Source: a virus
Reading direction: 5' to 3' (one strand)
IMG/VR virus record: IMGVR_UViG_3300027712_000018
DNA length: 64,000 nt
Positions 27,413 to 36,480 of the stretch are shown here, in pieces. Below the pieces are notes generated by a model that was not told where the DNA came from, searched no databases, and saw only the letters and a list, made by a program, of their open reading frames with translations. The translations under genes and the position numbers were made by a program. Every line of letters starts with the position of its first letter. The first letter of the stretch is position 1.

Positions 27413-29257
27413 TTACACTTGGCCGATGATTTCATTGAATGATACGCCAGTGCCAACTGCAACAAAATTAAGTTGGATATAATTGATGGAACGTGCAGGC
27501 TTAATATAGATGTCGCCGACGAATTGATTTGAGTCGATTACTTGCGGAGTGTTGTTGGTATCGTCACACACGACTTTGAAGTCATAGATGCCACGACGAC
27601 CTTGAACGTCACGAAGGTATGGCTCGATCATGTTTCTGAACTGAGCACGGGTGAACGCATCATTGAACTCGAATAGAGTTGATCTTGATGCCATCGCAAT
27701 CGCTTTTTCAAGAACAATGAATAGACGACGAACGTTGATACGATCAAATGCACTACCATCACCGATCAAAGTTTTATCACCGAATAGAAGAGTTCCTTCT
27801 CCCGGTTGGGTGATCACTGGATTGATATCGGCTGGATATAGAACGTCACGTTGCGCTTTGTTTGGGTTGAAAGCAAGTTTGACAACGTTCTTGATCTTAC
27901 CACGATTGTATCCAGCAGGCGACCACCATGGGTCTCTGTCTTGTGCAGTACGAGCAACTAGACCAGCCATGTCACCATTTAGCGGTGTCCAACGATACAC
28001 GTCATTGTATCGGTCGTAACGATACTTGTAACCAGAATCCATTACAGCGAATGAACTTGAAGTCAAAGCGTTTCTAAAGTTCTTGATATCGTCGGTTTCA
28101 CCACCAACAGTCCACGCTTGTGGGCTTGCAACTGTAGTAGCTGATGGAGAGATGAATACCATACAGTCTTTACGAACTTCGCAGATATTGTTGATGATAT
28201 AATCGCCTAGTAGGGTTTGGTAAGAACCATCTCTTGGTTTGCCCGCAAGGATGAACGAAATGTCAACGTCTTGTGGTGACACAAACTTATCGTATGCAGA
28301 AGCCAAAACACCAAATGCGATGGCTTGTTCAGTTCCAGATGCACCGTTTGCCATTGTGGTGTAAGATACAGTATTACTGTCAGCAGTTAAAACAGTAGCA
28401 CCAGTAGCCCAAATCCATTTACTTGAAGCGTTAATAACGTTCTTGTAATAATCTGTTGTCCCATCCGTGTTTTTAGCAGTTGAGTTGACAGATGTTTGTT
28501 CATAGACCTCTAGAATAGATCCAGCAGTTCCAGTAATGCCACCATCTGCGTCCGCAACAACAATGTGAATTGTGTTAGCGTTTACCGGAGACTTTTGAAC
28601 ACTCTTGTAATATCCCCACTTACGTGTAGCAGCAGAAGTGCTTAAGTTTGCAGATAGAGTATACTTGTTACTAAAACCAACCGAAGATGAAGCGTTGCTG
28701 CTAACAACCAATTCTTGGTAGCCAATACTACTATTACCAACTACCAAGATATCGCCGACTGATAGTTTAGCGTAATCTGCAACAGATACAGCTGTGTTGC
28801 TACCTTGGTTAATTGTAACACCAGTGATAGCACCACTGAATGCGTTAGCATTAGGGCAGATTGAAACTTTAATACTGTTACCTAGAACACCTGGATATCT
28901 AGCAATCAGTGTCCCAACTGTAGTGTTGGCCAAAGCAGATGCCGCAGTAAGGAATTGACCCGCAGTGTTTCCTGTTCCGACCGCATTATTGGTTGAGGTG
29001 TTTGCTGCACGAACTACGTAAAGCTTATTTGCATAAGCCAAGAAGTCAGCCGCAGTATAGAATGTTTCGTAGTTGTTGTCAGTTGGTTTACCAAACTTAT
29101 TAACCAAGTCAGTTTCAGAATTAACCAATACTCTTTCGTTCACTGGCCCCCACGAAAAAACGCCAGCAATAGCGCCTTCTGTTGTAGGTACGGCAGGCAC
29201 AATAGTAGTTAAGTTATACTCACTTACATTAATGCCTGGACTTATTTGAATCGCCAT
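27413..29257 (-). CDS. 18: Tail sheath protein (gp18)
   Basis: ISPGINVSE, WWSPAGYNRG and FDRINVRRLF. Confidence 0.97.
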   Translation of the reverse strand: MAIQISPGINVSEYNLTTIVPAVPTTEGAIAGVFSWGPVNERVLVNSETDLVNKFGKPTDNNYETFYTAADFLAYANKLYVVRAANTSTNNAVGTGNTAGQFLTAASALANTTVGTLIARYPGVLGNSIKVSICPNANAFSGAITGVTINQGSNTAVSVADYAKLSVGDILVVGNSSIGYQELVVSSNASSSVGFSNKYTLSANLSTSAATRKWGYYKSVQKSPVNANTIHIVVADADGGITGTAGSILEVYEQTSVNSTAKNTDGTTDYYKNVINASSKWIWATGATVLTADSNTVSYTTMANGASGTEQAIAFGVLASAYDKFVSPQDVDISFILAGKPRDGSYQTLLGDYIINNICEVRKDCMVFISPSATTVASPQAWTVGGETDDIKNFRNALTSSSFAVMDSGYKYRYDRYNDVYRWTPLNGDMAGLVARTAQDRDPWWSPAGYNRGKIKNVVKLAFNPNKAQRDVLYPADINPVITQPGEGTLLFGDKTLIGDGSAFDRINVRRLFIVLEKAIAMASRSTLFEFNDAFTRAQFRNMIEPYLRDVQGRRGIYDFKVVCDDTNNTPQVIDSNQFVGDIYIKPARSINYIQLNFVAVGTGVSFNEIIGQV

Positions 29258-29306
29258 GTCATATCTCCTTATGAATTGTTAAGACTTCGAATTTATCTTC
29301 TTATCA

Positions 29307-29314
29307 TATTTATA
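29307..29314 (-). promoter_or_regulatory. Late promoter for gp18-gp19
   Basis: Exact TATAAATA. Confidence 0.85.
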
Positions 29315-29325
29315 AAATTACAAAA

Positions 29326-30927
29326 TCAAAAATTCATCCAGTTATCTTGGACGATATCAATCACGGTAGGTTCGTCATGGCCACTTTCAATAAATCCAAA
29401 TGGAAGCATATCTGAGTCGATATCATCTTCCGATTTTTCTCGAAGTCGAGCTAATGTGTTAATGTCAGTTATTTCCCTAAAATACTTCTGATCCGATAGC
29501 CAAGCAAACAGAACCAGACCCATGACCATGTCGTCATTACATCCAGATTCGGCTTCGAAACTATTACCCTTTTTAGAAAAGGTCGACAACTCATTGATGG
29601 TGTTGAAGTCGTGAAGGATCATTTGATTCTGTTCAATCAACATCTTAAGGACAGAACACCCAACAGACTTAACTGTTTTCGTTGTTCGTATTCCTATCTC
29701 TTGACCTTTACCGCCAGTAGAAATCATCTTACCAGATCTACCGTTATTTATGGTGTACAAAACGTTCTCATAATCAAAGTCGTAAAGCAACGATTCGGCT
29801 ACCTGTTGTCCGATATCGTTTATTTCCACAAGGACAGAGGCCTCGTTGTACCCCTTAGCCGTTCTATAAACAATGTCTGCATAGTCTAACGGTGTGACAT
29901 AATTGTCTCTAAATGCGGCGACCTGTTTATATGGCATAGAGGTGACATCAATCATTTGGAATGCAGAGTAGTCTAGGCCTTTACCTCTTGACACGTCAAC
30001 GATACAAGCGTATGTTCTACCCACTACAGGCGCTTCATACATTGATAGGTTGTTCTTTTGGGTTATAGGCTCTTTGATGACCAGTTCTTTTAACTTGGCA
30101 CCTGAGATAAGAGTGCCCGATGAACCTTGGAATTCACATTCAAATTCTTGAGAGAACTTTTGTAGGTCGTGATCCATGGCCTCAAGAGTTTCTTTTCTCC
30201 AATTCTCATCACGACCGGGAACTCTTTGCCAAGGAACTTCAATATACTCGTAACCGTTTGTGCCTTCTTTAGCACCCATACAAGTCTTGTAGAAGTGGTT
30301 CAAACCATTCGGCGTAGAGGTGAACAACATTCTTGTAGTGTTACCAGATGAAATAGTGGGTAGAACCGATGCAAAAAAGTCATCCCAACCTTCAACGAAT
30401 GCAGTCTCGTCAATGTATAGGAACGATACCGACCGACCACGAATGGCAGACGATGAAGTTGCAGCAGCGATTACCTTACTGCCGTTCTCAAATTCGGCAG
30501 AACCCTTATTGAATTCTATAACACCTTGCTGCAACCATTCAGGTAAAGCTTCGTATGCAATCTTGATACGATCAAGGATTTCTCGGGCCGCATCACCTTT
30601 GTTCGCCAGTAGAGCTACTGTTTTGTGTTCGTTGAATAGGACGTAGTGTAGGATGATGGCGACAGCAGTGGTCGTCTTACCCGCCTGTCTTGAAGTGTTG
30701 ACAGTGACTCGGCGACTCTTGTTAATCGCTTCCATGATTTCTTTTTGATAATCATAAAGTATAATAGGAATCAAACCACGGTCAACGTGAACGATCTGAA
30801 TGTATTTTTCAGCGAAGTAGATAGGGTCTTGAGCACATTTAATATACTCTTGAAGTCTTTCCTGCGTCCATTCAATTTGAAGGCCTTTAGATTTTAACTT
30901 CCTATTACCACGATATCCGTCATTCAT
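29326..30927 (-). CDS. 17: Terminase large subunit (gp17)
   Basis: SRQAGKTT, YIDETAF, STPNGLNHFY and DDMVMGL. Confidence 0.97.
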   Translation of the reverse strand: MNDGYRGNRKLKSKGLQIEWTQERLQEYIKCAQDPIYFAEKYIQIVHVDRGLIPIILYDYQKEIMEAINKSRRVTVNTSRQAGKTTTAVAIILHYVLFNEHKTVALLANKGDAAREILDRIKIAYEALPEWLQQGVIEFNKGSAEFENGSKVIAAATSSSAIRGRSVSFLYIDETAFVEGWDDFFASVLPTISSGNTTRMLFTSTPNGLNHFYKTCMGAKEGTNGYEYIEVPWQRVPGRDENWRKETLEAMDHDLQKFSQEFECEFQGSSGTLISGAKLKELVIKEPITQKNNLSMYEAPVVGRTYACIVDVSRGKGLDYSAFQMIDVTSMPYKQVAAFRDNYVTPLDYADIVYRTAKGYNEASVLVEINDIGQQVAESLLYDFDYENVLYTINNGRSGKMISTGGKGQEIGIRTTKTVKSVGCSVLKMLIEQNQMILHDFNTINELSTFSKKGNSFEAESGCNDDMVMGLVLFAWLSDQKYFREITDINTLARLREKSEDDIDSDMLPFGFIESGHDEPTVIDIVQDNWMNF

Positions 30928-31330
30928 TTCTTAGTTCCTTTAGAACCTTCTGTAGATCAGCAGTCGATCCCACGAATAGGTTGTTGGTAACTTTGCTATC
31001 GGGTTGTTTTGGAGTGTCCATCTCTTTTTGCTTTCGAGACAGTTCAACAAGATCCTTGTTGGCATCAATCAGAGTCTTCATTGTCGCCGCCAACACTTCA
31101 TAAGCCCTAGGGTGTTGTGACTGAGTGGCAACGTCTAGAAGGTCTTCCAAAGCCCGTGTTCCATTTTCAATAATTGATATGAAGTTCTCACGGGCATATT
31201 TATAGTCTCTATCGACATTAGAAGTTTCTTGTACTATCTCTTGTTTTTTAGGTTTTGATTCGATTATCTCAGCGTCAACAACATCTCTAAGTGGTGCTAA
31301 CCCCAAATGTTTAGCAATATCATCGTTCAT
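30920..31330 (-). CDS. 16: Terminase small subunit (gp16)
   Basis: DYKYAREN, HPRAYEV and NNLFVGST. Confidence 0.93.
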   Translation of the reverse strand: MNDDIAKHLGLAPLRDVVDAEIIESKPKKQEIVQETSNVDRDYKYARENFISIIENGTRALEDLLDVATQSQHPRAYEVLAATMKTLIDANKDLVELSRKQKEMDTPKQPDSKVTNNLFVGSTADLQKVLKELRNE

Positions 31331-32133
31331 TATGCAGGGTAATCCTTTATTTGAGTAATATAAGCCCAATCATCATCAAAATTAATATTGGTATATGCCA
31401 CAGTTTGATTTATATTTTGAGTCGGAGTATTGTTAGATGTAAGTCCCGGTTGAACTGTGACGTATTCCGCAACCGTATTTGATGTAATATCCGAATACAA
31501 ATTCGCTTTCACAAACTTGATCACTTTCTTCTGAGTCACGGGGCCAAAGAAATAACCCTTCATCGTGAAGGTGAGTGTCCAGATCAGAGCTCTTCTCTGT
31601 TCAAAGTTGCCTTCGTATGAATCTTCAAACGTCACACTGTCGAGGACGATAGGAATGTCTAAATGGATATCTATGTCGTCTATTAACTTCACCGTAGGAG
31701 TGAAGTCTGGTTTGAAATAGGGTAGAATCTGTTCGATAATCTTAGTTCCGTCTTCTTTAAACTTCGTCATAATGTTTAATTGGAATGTCAGATTGTATGG
31801 CGCAGGCGTATATTGTGAATTAAATGAACCATCATTTGTGCTGATTGCCTTGGAATGTCTGCCCATAGGTGTCAGATTACGTTCAGCGTCATATGACATA
31901 CCCGTCAGTTCAAAAGACATACGAGGAAGAGTGATCTGAGGTGCAGTCAAACTAGGATCTTGTTCTAGACGAGCAAGAAACTTCTGCATTGGTCCGTAGT
32001 TCAGAGGCACGGTCATCGTTTGGATGGTCGATCCAGAGTTGTCTTTACGGATGATCTGAATGTCATTAAACAACGTACCGAATACGGCCGTGTATCTGCG
32101 GGTGGTTTCGTTATAAAAACTTGTGCCGAACAT
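31330..32133 (-). CDS. 15: Tail sheath stabiliser/terminator (gp15)
   Basis: FGTLFNDI, LPRMSFE and EQILPYFKP. Confidence 0.94.
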   Translation of the reverse strand: MFGTSFYNETTRRYTAVFGTLFNDIQIIRKDNSGSTIQTMTVPLNYGPMQKFLARLEQDPSLTAPQITLPRMSFELTGMSYDAERNLTPMGRHSKAISTNDGSFNSQYTPAPYNLTFQLNIMTKFKEDGTKIIEQILPYFKPDFTPTVKLIDDIDIHLDIPIVLDSVTFEDSYEGNFEQRRALIWTLTFTMKGYFFGPVTQKKVIKFVKANLYSDITSNTVAEYVTVQPGLTSNNTPTQNINQTVAYTNINFDDDWAYITQIKDYPA

Positions 32134-32792
32134 TAGTAATTATCCTCTCCGAATGGGTTGGTTTCGGTGAAGTCTAGGATACCATCAGCAGCAGTTTCGA
32201 TAGTGAAGTTGTCAGCGATAGAGTCGAACGATTCGACATTGGCGATAGCTTCAGATGATGTAAGAACGTATTTGGTAAGAAGAGTATCAATCTCTTCTAC
32301 ACCAGTGTTGAAACGTTCTTGCGAGTATTCGAAGAGTTCGCAACGTAGATCGTAGGTCTGTAACTTACCCATTTGATAGAAGATGGCTTCGTGTTCGACA
32401 AACTTGACTTCAAAGATCTTGCGATTAAGTGGGAAGTATATTAAGTCACCTTCGTTAGGTCTAACTTCTAAGTCATATAGACCGACATCTTCTGCAAACT
32501 TTCTCATAGCGATAGTCAGCGTCATGGTGTCATTGATCTGCAGACCAAACTTAGATAGGAAATCACCATCACCACCAAAGGCATCAACATTCTTGATGTA
32601 AGCTTCGATCATATATGCCGACTTGAATGTAGATAGATCGTCTTCGTTTAACAGTTCATCTTTCGATACTATTGTTCTTGGAATATACCACACATCAAAA
32701 CCGTATATACGAATTGATTCTATGATAAGATCCTCAATAAGGTTCTGTTCCATAGAGTTTGAAAACGTATTAAAATAGAAATTGGTTGCCAT
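32133..32792 (-). CDS. 14: Neck protein (gp14)
   Basis: EQNLIEDLIIESI, SKFGL and RPNEGDLIYFP. Confidence 0.93.
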   Translation of the reverse strand: MATNFYFNTFSNSMEQNLIEDLIIESIRIYGFDVWYIPRTIVSKDELLNEDDLSTFKSAYMIEAYIKNVDAFGGDGDFLSKFGLQINDTMTLTIAMRKFAEDVGLYDLEVRPNEGDLIYFPLNRKIFEVKFVEHEAIFYQMGKLQTYDLRCELFEYSQERFNTGVEEIDTLLTKYVLTSSEAIANVESFDSIADNFTIETAADGILDFTETNPFGEDNY

Positions 32793-33400
32793 TAAACTTT
32801 CCTAACCGACCCATCTGGTTGCACGTGATAGGCCTCAAAACTAATATCGGGATATTGCTTTTCTAATGATTTGAACATTGTGATGTTGGATATCGCATCA
32901 TCAAAGAATCTCACTCGAGCATACTTACCACCACGAAGATACTTATGGAACAAGAATCTCTTATTTTTTGCACTAGAATTCTTGTCTCCTAGATTGCCAG
33001 CACGTTCGACATATACATTACTAATGTCCATACCGTGATCTTTGAATGTTTTTAAGAATGTTTCTTTGTCGTCAAAATCAGCTCTGGCAGTCATGATGAT
33101 TACCTTAGAACCAGCCTTATTAGCGTTTGCAATGATGGCATTCGCTTTGGCGATCATCTTGGTAATCGGTTTAGAGGTCTTTCTGAAATTCTCTGCATTC
33201 TTAAATTGGCCAAAGTCGAATGTCTCACCGTCTTTAAGTTTGTATGTGTTAAACTCTTGGTTGGTCAATTCGCCGACTTCTTTACCGTCCTTCATGATTT
33301 TAATCATGGCGAACGTATGAAACAGAGTATCATCAATATCAAATACCGTTAATCCGATTCCCTCTTTGGATTCTATGATAAACGATCTAAATGACTTCAC
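32792..33400 (-). CDS. HAD-superfamily phosphatase with N-terminal capsid-targeting-like peptide
   Basis: FDIDDTL (DxDxT), MTAR, K and FFDD motifs; starts MKSFRSFIIES; inserted between gp13 and gp14. Confidence 0.8.
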   Translation of the reverse strand: MKSFRSFIIESKEGIGLTVFDIDDTLFHTFAMIKIMKDGKEVGELTNQEFNTYKLKDGETFDFGQFKNAENFRKTSKPITKMIAKANAIIANANKAGSKVIIMTARADFDDKETFLKTFKDHGMDISNVYVERAGNLGDKNSSAKNKRFLFHKYLRGGKYARVRFFDDAISNITMFKSLEKQYPDISFEAYHVQPDGSVRKV

Positions 33401-33404
33401 TGTC

Positions 33405-34148
33405 TTATCCGATCAAGTCAAAGATTGGCAGGCTGAAGCTGGAAATCATCTCTTCTTCCATCTTACGTAATTCGGCTTCCGCATCACTAAGGATCTTCTC
33501 ACCGTTGAATCTGACACCACCAGGAAGTTGCATATCAGAGAACTTCGTTAGGTTAGAACCCCATTGATACTTGATCTTTTGAGTGGCATAATTCTGAAGC
33601 CAACGGTCTTTCCAAACATCTGCATATGTGCTAGGATCAACGACTTGATAGGCCTCTACAATGATGTAGTTGCCTGTTGTGATCTTGTCCCAATTGGTGT
33701 CAATGTAAAGCTTATTGACATTACGGTTGTAACGAATCGGTTGACTTCCGACCAACATCTTTTCCATGAACTGGATGTGTTCCATCGCCTGCCAGAAGTG
33801 GGCAGTTTCAAAGTTAACCAGTTCATAAAGGTTGTTTAGAACGAACTGATACTGAACGTTGAACATACCAGAACCAGTTGCAAGACTTGACGACAAGTCA
33901 AAGATGTTAACCACTCCAATGATATTTTCGGGAATGGTAATATATCCGTTGATTTTGTCTTGGTCTGTGACCGCATACTTGTAGTAAATCTTTTCAGTAC
34001 CATCAAAGTGATAGTCCCAATAATAGGCAAGTGCCTCGTCAATACGATCATCAACTTGGTCTTGGTCTACGTTAATTTCAATGACTGGCTTGCCCAGTTT
34101 ACGAAGGCACCATTCTTTAAATGAATTTCTGTCGGTTGGTTGAGCCAT
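33405..34148 (-). CDS. 13: Neck protein (gp13)
   Basis: CLRKLGKPVIEINV and QWGSNLTKF..QLPGGV. Confidence 0.95.
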   Translation of the reverse strand: MAQPTDRNSFKEWCLRKLGKPVIEINVDQDQVDDRIDEALAYYWDYHFDGTEKIYYKYAVTDQDKINGYITIPENIIGVVNIFDLSSSLATGSGMFNVQYQFVLNNLYELVNFETAHFWQAMEHIQFMEKMLVGSQPIRYNRNVNKLYIDTNWDKITTGNYIIVEAYQVVDPSTYADVWKDRWLQNYATQKIKYQWGSNLTKFSDMQLPGGVRFNGEKILSDAEAELRKMEEEMISSFSLPIFDLIG

Positions 34149-34168
34149 TTGATTCTCCTGCTTTTAGG

Positions 34169-34176
34169 TATTTATA
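34169..34176 (-). promoter_or_regulatory. Late promoter for the gp13 operon
   Basis: Exact TATAAATA. Confidence 0.85.
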
Positions 34177-34187
34177 GATGAAGGATA

Positions 34188-36470
34188 TTAACCCAATCTG
34201 TAGAGGATGTATGTGCTAGCAGCAGTTCTTCTAAGTCTGTATTGAGCAGTTGTGTTAATTGCCACGGTAAGCGAACCAAATCCGTTTGTGATACCCGTGT
34301 TGACCGCCACAGTAACCGCAGCTGCGGATGTACCAGTGTTGATGATGTAAAAGTCGAATCCGATGTTAGTTGTTGGGGCTTGTGCAAAGAAGGTGTCGAG
34401 TGCGGTTGCTAAAGGAAGGGTAAACGTGACTGCAGTAGTAATTCCAGATGCAACAGTAAACAATTGACCCTGAAGTTGGGCAGCAGTAATAGCGTTTGCA
34501 CCAGCTGCTAATGCGGTTGGGGTTGGAGTGTATTGCCAGAAGTTACCAGATTCAATATACATATTACCAGAAACGTCAACACGGGTTTTTTCAGCAAACG
34601 ATATTGCGGCACCGGCAGTACCAGAAGCGGCAGTTAAAGTATTAACAGAACCGTTAATGTTTACTTGGATAAACGAACTAGCTGCGGTTGTTTTGTAGAT
34701 CCAACCACCAGCTCCACTCCAATAGGCATTATTGAGAAAATTGGTATTACCACCAGCCCCAGCAGTATCTTGTGCAATTGCTCCTGTAACACCCAAATCT
34801 ATTGCACCGGCGGTATTAGCCCAAGCATAGACCGTTCCAAGCCCAACCGCAATGTTATTAGCCGTCGAATGGACTCTCAATCGTTCAACACTGTTGGTAT
34901 TAAGTCTAAATGCGTTTGCGCCAGCAACGTCAATTTGCGCTAAACCACTCGTTGGTGCATCAATAGATAATGTGCCACCCGTTACGGCAGTGCTGTTAAT
35001 GATACCAAGTGTTGCAGATGTTCCAGAAATTTCTAGGAATCTGGATGGTGTGGTAAGACCAATACCGACACGGCCGTTAGTCGCATCAATAGCCAACGTG
35101 TTTGTGTTAAAGGTCGTGTTTCCAGTGAATGCAGGAGCCGCAGACAACACCACCGATCCTGTACCAGTTGAAGTGGCCACACCAGTTCCGCCGTTACTTA
35201 CAGGAAGAACGCCAGTGACGTGTGTCGTCAATCCGACTTTACCGTATGATGGAGCCACGCCGACACCACCTGAGATGATCACGTTACCCGTAGCAACATC
35301 AGCCAATGACGACAAAACGCCTGTCGCTGAAGCATACAGAATATCACCAACTGCATACGAACCGATATTTGTCCCACCGTTTGCTACAGGAAGAATGCCC
35401 GAAACGTCTGCGGTTAGGCTGACTGCGCCAAAAGTTGGAGCACCAGCGGCATTGCCGTGTAGAACCGTAGTTGACGTTCCTGCGGCAGTTGTTGCCATAG
35501 CGGTTGTCGTACTACCATAAACTACACCGTATTGCGTCAACGCCGATGCTTGACCAGTACCACCACCAGTGACAGGAAGTGTTCCCCATGCAGGAGAAGC
35601 GGCAGAGCCAGCCGATACGATGGTCTGACCAGACGAACCGTAGTTTGCACCACCGATACCGATTTGACCGGCAGAATCAATGCGAAGACGTTCAGAAGCA
35701 GCTATAGTCGATCCCGCAACACCGTTTGCTGCACCGGTCCAAAATGTAAGCACACCGCTGGAGTTTCTTATAGCCCAACCGCCTTGACTCGCTACACTAT
35801 TTTTCCAAGCAGTATCGTAGTATAGACCACCACCAAAATAACCACCGTTATTAGAGATGACCGGATCCTTTGTGTTAACAAATGTTGTCGTGCCAGTCAA
35901 TGGCAAAACCGTCCCGATACCAACGTTACCAGAGGCGTCAATAAACAGACGATTGGTGGCTGAAGTTTGAAACCCTATAGATCCAGCATCTTGAGCTTGA
36001 AGGTACAAACCACCCGTACCTCTATGTATTATAAGACTATTAGTATTTGCTCCAGTGTTGCTACGGATGATTCGCAGGCCATAGTCTGTGTAAGTGGCGT
36101 CACCAACTAAGTCTAAAAACGAATTACCATTTCCCGTTCTTCCAGTACCAATCTCAATATTCCGAGCTTCCGTAGTTGCTGCTGGAAGATTGATATTACC
36201 ATTTACGGATAAAGTTGCAGTAGGAGAAGTCGTCCCAATGCCAACGTTTGATGGAATGGTGACAACGCCCGTTCCACTTGGCGTCAGTGTGATGTTTTGG
36301 TTAGTACCACCAGCACTTAAACTGATTGCAGCATTGGCATTGAACGTACCTACAACTGGTTCTGTAGCTTTAAAAGAACGCCACTTAACGCCATCGTAGA
36401 TGTATTCAAGACCAGTTGGGCCTGCAAATGTATCATTCGTTGCTGGTGAATTAGGAAAGTTAATTGCCAT
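34188..36470 (-). CDS. Tail fibre-like protein (760 aa)
   Basis: MAINFPNSP..YIYDGVKW N-terminus; GNVGIG / ERLRI repeats; LPVANGGT repeats. Confidence 0.75.
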   Translation of the reverse strand: MAINFPNSPATNDTFAGPTGLEYIYDGVKWRSFKATEPVVGTFNANAAISLSAGGTNQNITLTPSGTGVVTIPSNVGIGTTSPTATLSVNGNINLPAATTEARNIEIGTGRTGNGNSFLDLVGDATYTDYGLRIIRSNTGANTNSLIIHRGTGGLYLQAQDAGSIGFQTSATNRLFIDASGNVGIGTVLPLTGTTTFVNTKDPVISNNGGYFGGGLYYDTAWKNSVASQGGWAIRNSSGVLTFWTGAANGVAGSTIAASERLRIDSAGQIGIGGANYGSSGQTIVSAGSAASPAWGTLPVTGGGTGQASALTQYGVVYGSTTTAMATTAAGTSTTVLHGNAAGAPTFGAVSLTADVSGILPVANGGTNIGSYAVGDILYASATGVLSSLADVATGNVIISGGVGVAPSYGKVGLTTHVTGVLPVSNGGTGVATSTGTGSVVLSAAPAFTGNTTFNTNTLAIDATNGRVGIGLTTPSRFLEISGTSATLGIINSTAVTGGTLSIDAPTSGLAQIDVAGANAFRLNTNSVERLRVHSTANNIAVGLGTVYAWANTAGAIDLGVTGAIAQDTAGAGGNTNFLNNAYWSGAGGWIYKTTAASSFIQVNINGSVNTLTAASGTAGAAISFAEKTRVDVSGNMYIESGNFWQYTPTPTALAAGANAITAAQLQGQLFTVASGITTAVTFTLPLATALDTFFAQAPTTNIGFDFYIINTGTSAAAVTVAVNTGITNGFGSLTVAINTTAQYRLRRTAASTYILYRLG

Positions 36471-36480
36471 GTATTATTCC

